DNA from: Terriglobales bacterium
Lineage (GTDB): Bacteria > Acidobacteriota > Terriglobia > Terriglobales > Acidobacteriaceae
Length of the DNA: 64,000 nt
Assembly: GCA_035624455.1 (NCBI GenBank)
Contig: DASPRM010000102.1
Location: forward strand, 116 to 64,115
Direction of reading: 5' to 3'
Below are positions 19,162-28,252 of the stretch, piece by piece. A program made the position numbers and the translations under genes. Numbering within the stretch: position 1 is the first letter of the stretch; every line of letters begins with the position of its first letter. The notes under the pieces were generated by a model. It was not told the DNA's origin. It saw only the letters and a list, made by a program, of their open reading frames with translations, and did not search any database.

Positions 19162-19974
19162 TTGCGCATTCTCTTCATTGGTGACATTTTTGGACGGCCG
19201 GGCCGCACCATCGTGCAGCAGCGGCTCTCGGAAGTTGTGGCCCATTACCGCGCCGACCTCATCATCGCCAATGCCGAGAATGCCGCCGGCGGTTTTGGCA
19301 TCACGCCTGGGATCGCCGAGGAGTTGTTCGAGCAAGGCATCAGCGTCTTAACCACTGGCAACCATGTGTGGGACAAGCGCGAAATCATGGACTACATGAA
19401 TTTGGCGGTGAATGGACATCCGGCTCGGCGCCTTCTCCGACCCGCCAACTACCCTGCAGGCACTCCCGGACGCGGGTTTTACGAAGGCAAAGCATCGAAC
19501 GGCGTCCCCTATGCCGTGATGAACCTGCAAGGACGGGTATTCATGGCGAACAACGATGATCCCTTCCGGGTGGCCGACGATCTTCTGAAGACGAACACAG
19601 CCAAGGTGGTGCTGGTCGACATGCATGCCGAAGCTACATCCGAGAAGATAGCTCTAGGCTGGTATTTGGACGGGCGTGTTACTGCCGTTTTGGGTACACA
19701 CACCCACATCCCCACCGCGGATGAACGCGTGCTGCCCAAAGGCACGGCTTACCAGACCGATGTGGGGATGACTGGTCCCTACGACAGCATTATTGGAGTG
19801 CAGAAGGAACTGGTGATTCAGCGTTTTCTCACCAACTTGCCCGCGCGCTGGGAGCCGGCCACCGGCGACGTAAAATTTGCCGGGGTGGTAATCGACTGCG
19901 ACGAGAGTACCGGACGAGCGCGGTCGATCCAGCGAATTATGATCGCAGAAAACGACCCGCCACTTCGTACCTAG
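19162..19974 (+). CDS. YmdB-like metallophosphoesterase (TIGR00282 family, 2',3'-cyclic-nucleotide phosphodiesterase-like)
   Basis: MRILFIGDIFGRPGR, GNHVWD and GTHTHIPTAD are metallophosphatase motifs. The start codon is TTG. Confidence 0.85.
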   Translation: MRILFIGDIFGRPGRTIVQQRLSEVVAHYRADLIIANAENAAGGFGITPGIAEELFEQGISVLTTGNHVWDKREIMDYMNLAVNGHPARRLLRPANYPAGTPGRGFYEGKASNGVPYAVMNLQGRVFMANNDDPFRVADDLLKTNTAKVVLVDMHAEATSEKIALGWYLDGRVTAVLGTHTHIPTADERVLPKGTAYQTDVGMTGPYDSIIGVQKELVIQRFLTNLPARWEPATGDVKFAGVVIDCDESTGRARSIQRIMIAENDPPLRT

Positions 19975-20138
19975 TACTCCAGTTCTCGCCCGCCTTCTCA
20001 AGATCTGCAAATCGGTAGTTGAATGGCGAGCGCCAGCAAGCTAAGCTACGGCTGTTGATCCTCCCCCAATCGGCAGTTCCCGCTCCAAAGTCATTCGGCT
20101 CGTAGCTGGAACGCTAAGTCAGATCCGCGAGTTCATTC

Positions 20139-21860
20139 ATGAAAAGCGCGCCTCCGGTTCTAGTGTGCTTCACTGTCGTCTTCCTTTATGGAGCGCTTGC
20201 GACGGGGCAAGACAAACCTGCGACTCAGGGTGCTGTTCGAAGCGCAGAGCAGAACGACTCTGCTCCCCCCCCGACGAGTAATGCCATCCCCGGCTCCAAA
20301 GCGAAGTCAGGCGTTCAGCGCCGGGAAGCGCCACCACGCACACAGGCGATAGATCTGTTGCAACGCAGCCACGCCATCGGCGAGCAACTCCCGCTTCGCG
20401 ACCGGTTGAACACTTTGCAGCGGCAGGTGAGGGCGGCTGCCCGCCTGGATCCCTCTTTGGCGCGAGCCTGGGCCAACGAATTGCTGGAGGCCAGCAATGA
20501 CTTGCCAGATCCCGATGAGAGGGCAGCGTCGCAAGCAGGAGTGGTAGTGAACCTGGCCCCGCGTGATGTTGAAGGAGCATTGGAGATTTTCCGCAGTCTG
20601 CCCGCTTCCACCTCCACTAAGGCCAGTCGCGATCCTCGCACTATGGCGGCTCAGATATTGTTCCCCGCTTTGCTCAACAAAGATGGAGCAGCCGCATTGC
20701 CGACAATCGAAAAAGAAGCGGTGCGGCTGGGCAGTGAAGATGCGTATCCATATTCGGCTATGGGCCAGGTCGCAGTTCAATCCGGGCAGGACCCTAAGTC
20801 GGCCAAAGATGACAAGGATTTGATAACCGATGCGCCACCGCCTAAAGGTGCGAATGCACCGGACGGAAAGCCCCATCGCAGCGGACTGCCGCCGGGTGCG
20901 AGCGTGCCGCGTAAAGACCCGGCGCGGGAGGCTACGGTGCTGCGAATCTGCCGGCAGGCTTTCAGTTACTATGAGTCCAGCACGCGCTCGCTGGCCGGCG
21001 ACCTGGATTTTGCGGACATGATCATGTCGACCTGGCAGTGGCTGCCGGCGGATTTCCTTCGCTCCGCTTTACATACGTCAGCCAACAACCTCGTGGCCAG
21101 TGCGGCCGACTCCGATCTGGAATTTCAAAATTCTTCGGATGCAACCAAGGATCAGAAAGTCCACCAAAACCCGGCCGATCTCGCCCTTGTACAACTGGCT
21201 CCCGTACTCAGCAAGCTTGATCCCGAGGCACTGGAGAAGGTGAAGCAAGCTCGTCCTTTTGTTGCCCAGTCGCTGCAGCCCACCCCGCCAGGCGGAGTGC
21301 CGATGTGGATGACCGGAACCCCTGCTCGCAGTTCGGGAGACGATGCCATGCTTAACATCCAACGCACGGCACAGTCGGATCCCAACAAGGCCCTCAGCCT
21401 GAGCCAGGATCTCACCGATCCCGCCGCCAAGGCGCAAGCCCTGTCAACAGTTGCCAGCGCGTTTGCTGCCGTAGATCCGCAGCAGGCCACCCGAACGCTG
21501 GAGCAAGCCGATAAGTTGACCGCTACAGTCAAAGATAAGGAAGAACAATTGCATCTCGTGATTTCCGAGGCCGAAGCCGCAGCCGCGATCAAGAACATGG
21601 TTCTGTTGCGACAAAGCATGGGCCGGGCGTTCGATCTCGCTGACCAGATTACTCGAGCTGAGGAGGATGCCCGCGCCGAACAAGTAATCGGCTGGAGACC
21701 CCTCATGCGTCTGGTGAACGTCGGCATGAAATTAGAGCCAGAGCTCACCGTCGCTTATATCGACCACCTGAACACTCCAGTGGCTAAAGCGAACTTGCTG
21801 CTGGCCGCCGCGGAGAGCATCCCGTTGCGTCAAGACTCGAAGCAAAAGCCGAATTCCTAG
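20139..21860 (+). CDS. Hypothetical secreted protein (573 aa, Ala/Gln/Pro-rich, predicted helical)
   Basis: There is an N-terminal signal peptide MKSAPPVLVCFTVVFLYGALATGQ. I recognise no domain. It lies upstream of the Cys-rich paralog pair. Confidence 0.6.
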   Translation: MKSAPPVLVCFTVVFLYGALATGQDKPATQGAVRSAEQNDSAPPPTSNAIPGSKAKSGVQRREAPPRTQAIDLLQRSHAIGEQLPLRDRLNTLQRQVRAAARLDPSLARAWANELLEASNDLPDPDERAASQAGVVVNLAPRDVEGALEIFRSLPASTSTKASRDPRTMAAQILFPALLNKDGAAALPTIEKEAVRLGSEDAYPYSAMGQVAVQSGQDPKSAKDDKDLITDAPPPKGANAPDGKPHRSGLPPGASVPRKDPAREATVLRICRQAFSYYESSTRSLAGDLDFADMIMSTWQWLPADFLRSALHTSANNLVASAADSDLEFQNSSDATKDQKVHQNPADLALVQLAPVLSKLDPEALEKVKQARPFVAQSLQPTPPGGVPMWMTGTPARSSGDDAMLNIQRTAQSDPNKALSLSQDLTDPAAKAQALSTVASAFAAVDPQQATRTLEQADKLTATVKDKEEQLHLVISEAEAAAAIKNMVLLRQSMGRAFDLADQITRAEEDARAEQVIGWRPLMRLVNVGMKLEPELTVAYIDHLNTPVAKANLLLAAAESIPLRQDSKQKPNS

Positions 21861-22346
21861 AAAGCGCCGAAAAAGTAATCTCTTGCAGTTCTTGCAGTGA
21901 AGACTCTATGCGGATTCTGTGCAATTCCTTGCATCTGACTGCATAGAATCCGACTAGCCCGGTTTGCTAGTCAGTTTTTCCTGACCGTCGCATCTTGACA
22001 ACATTTCTGTTGCCAGTATGCTCATGGGCGGCTGATGCCATCAGTTGTTGTGCCGTGGCACAGTGAGACCAGTCTCCCCGTCATGCAACAGACCCCTTGA
22101 AGCTCCAGTAAGCGTCTGGGTGTAAGAGAAACAACCCAGGCTAGGGCTATCGAAGCATCTCCGGCCGAACCCCAGGCACTTGGGACCCAAGAGATCCTGT
22201 CCACCCCAACGCGTCACTTCGTGCGCTCGGTGGTGTGCGAACTACAAACAACGATCTCCAAGCCCGCGCTCTCCCCACGCGAGGGTTGGATCAATTCGCA
22301 TGGCGAAATTACGCCGATGTTCATGAATATACCGAGGAGAAAACAC

Positions 22347-22799
22347 ATGAGGAAGCTTGCTCTGGTTTCTGGAGTCGTGCTGCTGCTGTTTGGTCTGGTG
22401 GGAATCGCATGCGCGCAATTGCCTGAGTATTGCCTGTATACCAAGACCAAGATCAGCCCGTCGGTCGCGAACGTAAACGGCAAAGAATCATTTGACGTCA
22501 CCACTCTGACGAAAAGCGTATGCGGCTTCCCGATCTATGAAGGAGTCGCTTGCATTTACGATTCGTTCACTAGCCTGACTCAAATCGATTGTGAGGAGCT
22601 GGACGATTGGGGCAAGGCATACTTCACCGTCCACAAAGGTGAGTACGTGAACTTTTCTGGCTCCATTCCCACGCAGTACATCCAGGGTCGGTTCTTTGAT
22701 GAGGAGGACGTCGTCTGGGAAGGTGTGAAGTATTTCTTCTATCCCAGCATCACCAATCCCGGCACCCTGGTGTGCGTAGGCTGCGCCAGCGGCTTTTAA
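22347..22799 (+). CDS. Small secreted cysteine-rich protein, paralog 1 (150 aa), unknown family
   Basis: The start ATG at 22347 has GAGGAG 10 nt upstream. It has a signal peptide MRKLALVSGVVLLLFGLVGIACA and six Cys in the mature part. The C-terminus is PSITNPGTLVCVGCASGF. Confidence 0.75.
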   Translation: MRKLALVSGVVLLLFGLVGIACAQLPEYCLYTKTKISPSVANVNGKESFDVTTLTKSVCGFPIYEGVACIYDSFTSLTQIDCEELDDWGKAYFTVHKGEYVNFSGSIPTQYIQGRFFDEEDVVWEGVKYFFYPSITNPGTLVCVGCASGF

Positions 22800-22963
22800 C
22801 TAGGGCCATGTGAGAGTTGCCAGCATGCTACTACTACGAACCGTATCGGTCGGCCCAGGCGATTGGAGAAACGGACTCAACCTAGCTTCCAGCCCCCGGG
22901 CTGCCGCAGCGGAAGTTGACCTGAAACGTATTGCTTTGTGCGAAGACATCGAGGAGGGGGAAA

Positions 22964-23437
22964 ATGAAACGAGTTTGTCTGGCTATTGGAATTGTGCTCC
23001 TGCTGTTATGCCTCTCAGGAGCTGCGCTCGCGGTCGATGATGGAGTCTGCTTGTACACAAAGACCACCATCAGCCCCTCGGTCGCAAACGTAAACGGTAC
23101 TGAATCGTTTAACGTAACCACCAAAACGAAGAGCATTTGCGGTTTCCCGGTCGATGTAGGCGAGGTCTGTATATATGACTCGTTTACAAGCCTGACGCGC
23201 ATTACCTGCGATGACGTGGACGACTGGGGCAAGGCATACTTCACCGTCCACAAAGGTGAGTACGCGAACTTCTCTGGTCCCATTCCCACCCAGTATATCC
23301 AGGGGCGATATTTCGATAATGTGGAAGTCTGCGCTCTTGATGCGATCTGTGAACTCACTCCGGTGGAAGAATTCTTCTTCCCCAGCATAACCAACCCCGG
23401 CACCCTGGTGTGTGTCGGCTGTGCCAGTGGATTCTGA
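22964..23437 (+). CDS. Small secreted cysteine-rich protein, paralog 2 (157 aa), unknown family
   Basis: The start ATG at 22964 has GGAGGGGG upstream. It is about 75% identical to paralog 1 in protein sequence, with long identical DNA stretches, and shares the same C-terminal PSITNPGTLVCVGCASGF. Confidence 0.75.
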   Translation: MKRVCLAIGIVLLLLCLSGAALAVDDGVCLYTKTTISPSVANVNGTESFNVTTKTKSICGFPVDVGEVCIYDSFTSLTRITCDDVDDWGKAYFTVHKGEYANFSGPIPTQYIQGRYFDNVEVCALDAICELTPVEEFFFPSITNPGTLVCVGCASGF

Positions 23438-23452
23438 ATCTGGCCGAAACCT

Positions 23453-23480
23453 GGGCCGCCCCGCGGGGCGGCCTTTTTTG
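23453..23480 (+). terminator. Rho-independent terminator after Cys-rich paralog 2
   Basis: A GC-rich inverted repeat GGCCGCCCC..GGGGCGGCC is followed by TTTTTTG. Confidence 0.8.
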
Positions 23481-23561
23481 CTTGGTAACTTCCTTTAGTT
23501 TTGCTTCCCGCCCAGTTCGCCCGCGCATAAGGAGGCAGTTCAGGGTAGAATCTCCGGGCCT

Positions 23562-25412
23562 ATGCGGACCCTCCTCGGCATAATCCTTCTGCTCGCCACC
23601 TCGCTGTCAGCCGAGAAGACTGCTGCCAATCCCCAAAATTGTTCTGCCAACGCTACTTGTGGCATCTCGAAGAAGGACCTGAAACAGGCGCATCGGGCTT
23701 TGGAGCACGCGCAAAAGCTACAGAAAGAAGGGAACCTGGAGGATGCCCTGCAGGCGATGGACGAGGTTGTTCGCCTGGTTCCGCGCAATCTGGAATACCT
23801 CACCACCCGGGAGACAATCAAGCAGGAACTTGTGTCGCGGCACATCGACCGTGCAGGAGAACTGCTGACCGCAGGCAAACGAGCCGATGCGCTAACCGAA
23901 CTGCAGGCTGCCTTAAGGCTGGATCCAGACAACGACCTGGCCAAGCAGCGCGTACTCGATGCCATGCCGCCGTCGGCTGGCGCCTCGGATGCGAATAAGG
24001 GAACCGTTCCCGACGCCTTCTCGGAAGCTCAACCGATCGTCCTGGCGCCGAGTTCCGAGCGCTTGACCATCCATTTTCGAGGATCCTCGCGAGATCTTCT
24101 GCAGCAAATCTGCAATGCCTTCGGCATCAAGCCGGTCTTCGATGACTCAGTGCGAACCCGAGCCATTGTGCAGTTTGATCTGGAAGACGTCGGCTTCAAC
24201 ACTGCCATGGATGCGGCGAGCAAGCTCTCCAAAGTGCTTTGGTTTCCCGTATCGGCTAAAGAGGTCTTGTTCGCTGACGATACACCAGAGCAGCACCGGC
24301 TGTTTGATCGCATGGTGCTGCAGACGTTTTATCTGAGCAGTTCAACCACTCCGCAAGAGCTGCAGGAAATCGCTACTGCACTGCGCTCGGTATTGAACCT
24401 GCGGCTGATTCAGACGGCATCCGAGAATTCCAGCCTGAGCATCCGAGCCTCACAGTCCACAGTCGAAGCTGCAGAAAAATTGCTACCCCTGTTGACCCGC
24501 CCCAAGCCGGAAGTAATGCTGGACCTGCAGGCTTTCCAGATCAGTCACACGCTTACGGAGCAATTGGGAGTGAACTTGCCGTTGCAGTGGCAGGTCATAA
24601 ACCTGCCGTCCTCGGTGCTTGCCCTTTTAGAAAATCCTCAGACGTCAGACCTTATAAATCAGTTGTTCAATTCCGGTGGGATCAACCAGGCTAATTCCGC
24701 TGCCATTCAGGCGTTGCTTGCTCAAGCGCAGAGCCAATCTCAGAATCCCCTATTAAACACTCCCTTTGCCACGTTTGGAGGTGGCCTAACCAGATTTGCC
24801 ATTCCCTTTCCGCCGGCATCGATTCAAGTGCAACTGAATGAGTCCACCGTAAGAGACCTGCAGCGCCTCAGTTTGCGGGCTTCCCTGGGTAACGCAGCCA
24901 CCATGAGGATCGGCAGCCGCATCCCCATTCTCAATACCAGCTTCGCGCCCATCTTCAATAGTGCCCAGGTTTCGCAGGTGCTTGCCAATCAGACCTTTAT
25001 TCCTCCATTCCCCTCCTTCAATTACGAAGACATCGGAATCACGGTGAAGGCAACACCGCTTAGCATTTCTCCCGATGACGTGAGTCTGAAGCTGGAGCTT
25101 CAAGTCAGAGCTGTCACCGCACAAACCGTAAATGGAATACCGGTGCTCTCTAATCGGGAATATGTGGGCAACCTCAGCCTGAAAAACGGCGAACCCGGCT
25201 TTGTAGCCGGAATTCTCACTCAAAGCGAACAGAGAAACCTACAGGGAGTTCCAGGCCTTCATCATGTGCCGCTCATCAGCCAGGCAACCACACTTCATAA
25301 CCTGGAGCACGATACTGACGAACTGATGGTTGTAATCGTTCCGCGAATTGTATCTCGGGCAGACACACCGAACCAGAAAGCCGAAATCTGGCTCCCTACG
25401 GCGTCGAGATGA
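23562..25412 (+). CDS. Secretin family outer-membrane protein (type II/III secretion system / pilus secretin-like) with an N-terminal TPR-like region
   Basis: It has a signal peptide, a TPR-like helical region at about residues 40-130, secretin N-domains, and the C-terminal secretin signature NLQGVPGLHHVPLISQATTLHNLEHDTDELMVVIVPRIV. Confidence 0.8.
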   Translation: MRTLLGIILLLATSLSAEKTAANPQNCSANATCGISKKDLKQAHRALEHAQKLQKEGNLEDALQAMDEVVRLVPRNLEYLTTRETIKQELVSRHIDRAGELLTAGKRADALTELQAALRLDPDNDLAKQRVLDAMPPSAGASDANKGTVPDAFSEAQPIVLAPSSERLTIHFRGSSRDLLQQICNAFGIKPVFDDSVRTRAIVQFDLEDVGFNTAMDAASKLSKVLWFPVSAKEVLFADDTPEQHRLFDRMVLQTFYLSSSTTPQELQEIATALRSVLNLRLIQTASENSSLSIRASQSTVEAAEKLLPLLTRPKPEVMLDLQAFQISHTLTEQLGVNLPLQWQVINLPSSVLALLENPQTSDLINQLFNSGGINQANSAAIQALLAQAQSQSQNPLLNTPFATFGGGLTRFAIPFPPASIQVQLNESTVRDLQRLSLRASLGNAATMRIGSRIPILNTSFAPIFNSAQVSQVLANQTFIPPFPSFNYEDIGITVKATPLSISPDDVSLKLELQVRAVTAQTVNGIPVLSNREYVGNLSLKNGEPGFVAGILTQSEQRNLQGVPGLHHVPLISQATTLHNLEHDTDELMVVIVPRIVSRADTPNQKAEIWLPTASR

Positions 25413-25425
25413 GTCCGCCAGACGG

Positions 25426-26361
25426 CTAGCGGCTTGGCTGAAGTTGCGCCTTTTCCGATCCTGATTGCGCCTGAAAGATCGTGATCTGCTTCAGCACTTC
25501 AAAAGGCGTTCCCGCCACGTTCGCGATCTTGCGGCCATTGATAAAGATCGTGGGCGTCGCGGTCACTTCCAATTCATTTCCCAACGCCTGCGAGGCATAG
25601 ATTCGTTCTGCCACCTTAGGATCAGAGGTGCAGGTGGCAATCGTGTCCGGGTTCAGGCCGGTCTCGCTGACCAACTGCTTCAGGCGTCCTTCCACCTCAT
25701 TTTCGTTAAGGCGCGCGATTTCGTCCTGCCGGTCATAAACCGTATCGACGTATTTCCAGAAGCTGTCGTTGCTCTGCCGCGCAACACACTCGGAATACTT
25801 AGCGGCAGTAAGCGCCCATTTGTGGATTTGGGTCAGGGGAAATTGCTGGAACACCAGTCGCGAGTTCGGGGTTTCGGCAAGCAGCTTCTGTATGATCGGC
25901 TGAGCCCGCTTGCAGGCGGGACACTGCAAATCACCAAATTCTACAATCGTGACCGAAGCATCCGCAGGACCACGCCCCGGCCCATTCATTTTGGCTTTGA
26001 GAAGTTCCCGCGCGGCAAGAAAGGGATCGGCGCCGAAGGGCATCATGTCGGCATACAAAGCGTACTTCTGATCCGGGGTCACATAGAGTTTCAGAGCTTG
26101 CTGGCCCTGGGGGGTCGTCGCGCGGGCATCCACTTCATAAAGCGAGGGATCGGGGGCGGCCTTGATATCCACGACTTCAATCCGCAGATTCTGATCGTAT
26201 CCGAACATATGGTGAAGAAAGGATTCCACCGTTTCTTTCGTGAGCGTTGACGGCGGATGCGGAGCCGCCGCAGGAGCGGCAGCCTTGGAGCTACTCTTGT
26301 TTTGTGCCGAAACGCTGGCGGTAATTAAACAGACCAGGATTGAAAGAATGACTGAGCGCAT
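25426..26361 (-). CDS. DsbA-family thiol:disulfide oxidoreductase (thioredoxin fold, CPAC active site) with an N-terminal extension
   Basis: It has a signal peptide and the CxxC active site in GDLQCPACKRAQPI. It is convergent with the secretin gene across a 13-bp gap. Confidence 0.8.
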   Translation of the reverse strand: MRSVILSILVCLITASVSAQNKSSSKAAAPAAAPHPPSTLTKETVESFLHHMFGYDQNLRIEVVDIKAAPDPSLYEVDARATTPQGQQALKLYVTPDQKYALYADMMPFGADPFLAARELLKAKMNGPGRGPADASVTIVEFGDLQCPACKRAQPIIQKLLAETPNSRLVFQQFPLTQIHKWALTAAKYSECVARQSNDSFWKYVDTVYDRQDEIARLNENEVEGRLKQLVSETGLNPDTIATCTSDPKVAERIYASQALGNELEVTATPTIFINGRKIANVAGTPFEVLKQITIFQAQSGSEKAQLQPSR

Positions 26362-26379
26362 TGGTTCCTTTCCATCGTT

Positions 26380-28020
26380 TTAGAAGTCGTATTTGGCAGC
26401 TATTGGATAACGGCGACCCATACCGAACGCCTTCTCCGTCACTTTCAATCCCACGGCTGCTTGCTGCCGCTTGTATTCCGCATGGTCCACCATACAAATA
26501 ACCCGCCCCACGACACTCGTGTCGAGCTTTCGTTCTGACGCGATTTCTTCTGCTGTCCTGTGCTCCTCAATATAGTCCTCGAGAATCGGATCCAGGACCT
26601 CGTATGGCGGCAGGACGTCTGTGTCCTTCTGGTCGGGCCTTAGCTCTGCGGAAGGTGGCTTCTCGATCGAGGCGCGGGGGATCACGGGCTGCCGGGAGTT
26701 GACGTAATTCGCCAGTCGATACACCAGTGTCTTTGGTACATCGGAGATGGCGGCCAAACCTCCTACCATGTCCCCGTAGAGAGTGCAGTAGCCCACGGCC
26801 AGTTCCGATTTGTTTCCAGTACTGATGACAAGAGCGCCAAACTTATTGGAGAGCGCCATCAGCAAGGCTCCACGAATTCGCGATTGAATATTCTCCTCTG
26901 TCACATCCGGCCCTCTGCCTTCAAAAACCGGCTGCAAGGAACTTAGATAAGTGTAAAAAATGTCTGCAATCGGAATGAGCTCAAAGCGTATGCCCAGGTT
27001 CGCAGCCAATGCCCGGGCATCGTCTATGCTGCCCTGCGACGAATAGTCGCTCGGCATGCCAACGCCGATGACGTTATCCCTCCCCAAAGCGTCTACCGCA
27101 ATCGTGGCGGTTAAGGCAGAATCAATACCCCCACTCAGACCGATGATTACCCGCTCGAACCCGCATTTGCGTACATAGTCGCGAGTCCCGAGGACCAAGG
27201 CAGCATACACAGTCCCTTCCTCGCCTTTGATCTGCTCGTGAATCTCGCCCTGGAGAGAATTGGAGTCGAATAAGACCAGATCTTCTTCAAAGGATTTGGC
27301 CTGCGCAACAATCTGGCCATCCGGGGCGATCACCAGACTCGAGCCATCGAAAATCAGGCTGTCGTTCCCGCCCACAAGATTCACTACTGCTACTGGCACC
27401 CGGTGACGTGTGGCAATTGCGGTCAGTATCTTTTGCCGCAGTTCGCGCTTGCCGATGTTAAAGGGCGAGGCGGAAATGTTGAGCAGGAAATTCCCCCCTT
27501 CGCGCATTAACGCTTCCACCGGATCGACCCCGTACAGAGGACGGCTCCAGAAGCTCTTGTCATTCCACGCATCCTCACAGATGGTGAGCGCCACACGCCT
27601 GCCGCAGAATGACAGCAGTTTCTGGCTGGCGGCTGGGGCGAAATTGCGCGATTCATCAAAAACATCATAGGTAGGCAACAGCATTTTGGATTGCGTGAGT
27701 ACTACCCTGCCGTCTTGAACTACTGCAGCCGAATTCAAGACTCGCTTACCGGTCTCTGTTGTGGCGGGCGTCACCAGGCCGCAGATCACCGTGATCCCCT
27801 GGATCTGCGTCTGAATCTCCTGCAGGGCCTCCAGGTTGCGAGCCAAAAAACTGGGCCGTTCCACTAGGTCGCGTGGGGGATACCCGCAAATCGCCAACTC
27901 AGGGAAAAGAATCAGTCCTGCGCCCGCTTCTTCAGCCTCACGAGCGTAGCTGATAATCTTGTCGGTGTTACCCCGGAAATCCCCGATCGTGGTGTTGATC
28001 TGTCCCAGAGCGACCTTCAC
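26380..28020 (-). CDS. nadE: Glutamine-dependent NAD+ synthetase
   Basis: The N-terminal CN-hydrolase domain (FPELAICGYPPRDL) is fused to the NAD synthase PP-loop GLSGGIDSALTATIA. The protein is 546 aa. Confidence 0.9.
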   Translation of the reverse strand: MKVALGQINTTIGDFRGNTDKIISYAREAEEAGAGLILFPELAICGYPPRDLVERPSFLARNLEALQEIQTQIQGITVICGLVTPATTETGKRVLNSAAVVQDGRVVLTQSKMLLPTYDVFDESRNFAPAASQKLLSFCGRRVALTICEDAWNDKSFWSRPLYGVDPVEALMREGGNFLLNISASPFNIGKRELRQKILTAIATRHRVPVAVVNLVGGNDSLIFDGSSLVIAPDGQIVAQAKSFEEDLVLFDSNSLQGEIHEQIKGEEGTVYAALVLGTRDYVRKCGFERVIIGLSGGIDSALTATIAVDALGRDNVIGVGMPSDYSSQGSIDDARALAANLGIRFELIPIADIFYTYLSSLQPVFEGRGPDVTEENIQSRIRGALLMALSNKFGALVISTGNKSELAVGYCTLYGDMVGGLAAISDVPKTLVYRLANYVNSRQPVIPRASIEKPPSAELRPDQKDTDVLPPYEVLDPILEDYIEEHRTAEEIASERKLDTSVVGRVICMVDHAEYKRQQAAVGLKVTEKAFGMGRRYPIAAKYDF

Positions 28021-28252
28021 AAGGTTAGTGTAAAAGGGCGGCTACAGAATCAGCAATGAGCAGCGAGCAACCCGCAATCAGGGGCTCAAGACTCAGAACC
28101 TGTCTCATAAATCGATTTTGAATGGGCACGGCTTTCGCGGCGTCGTCCAGAGCCGCATGAATCCCAGGCTTTTCGCCCCTGAGGGAAACGGAAGTTTACT
28201 CCCTCGGTTTTATGAGATCGCTTCTCCGCGCTCGATCACCTTGGGGGTCACT

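Noticed and set aside
20307-21748. Minus-strand ORFs 20307..20876 and 21152..21748 inside the 573-aa secreted protein gene
   Set aside because: They are antisense with low-complexity products. The plus-strand gene has a clear signal peptide and protein-like composition.
25465-26250. 261-aa plus-strand ORF within the DsbA-like gene
   Set aside because: It is antisense to the gene carrying the CPAC thioredoxin motif and signal peptide. The product is Arg/Gly/His-rich.
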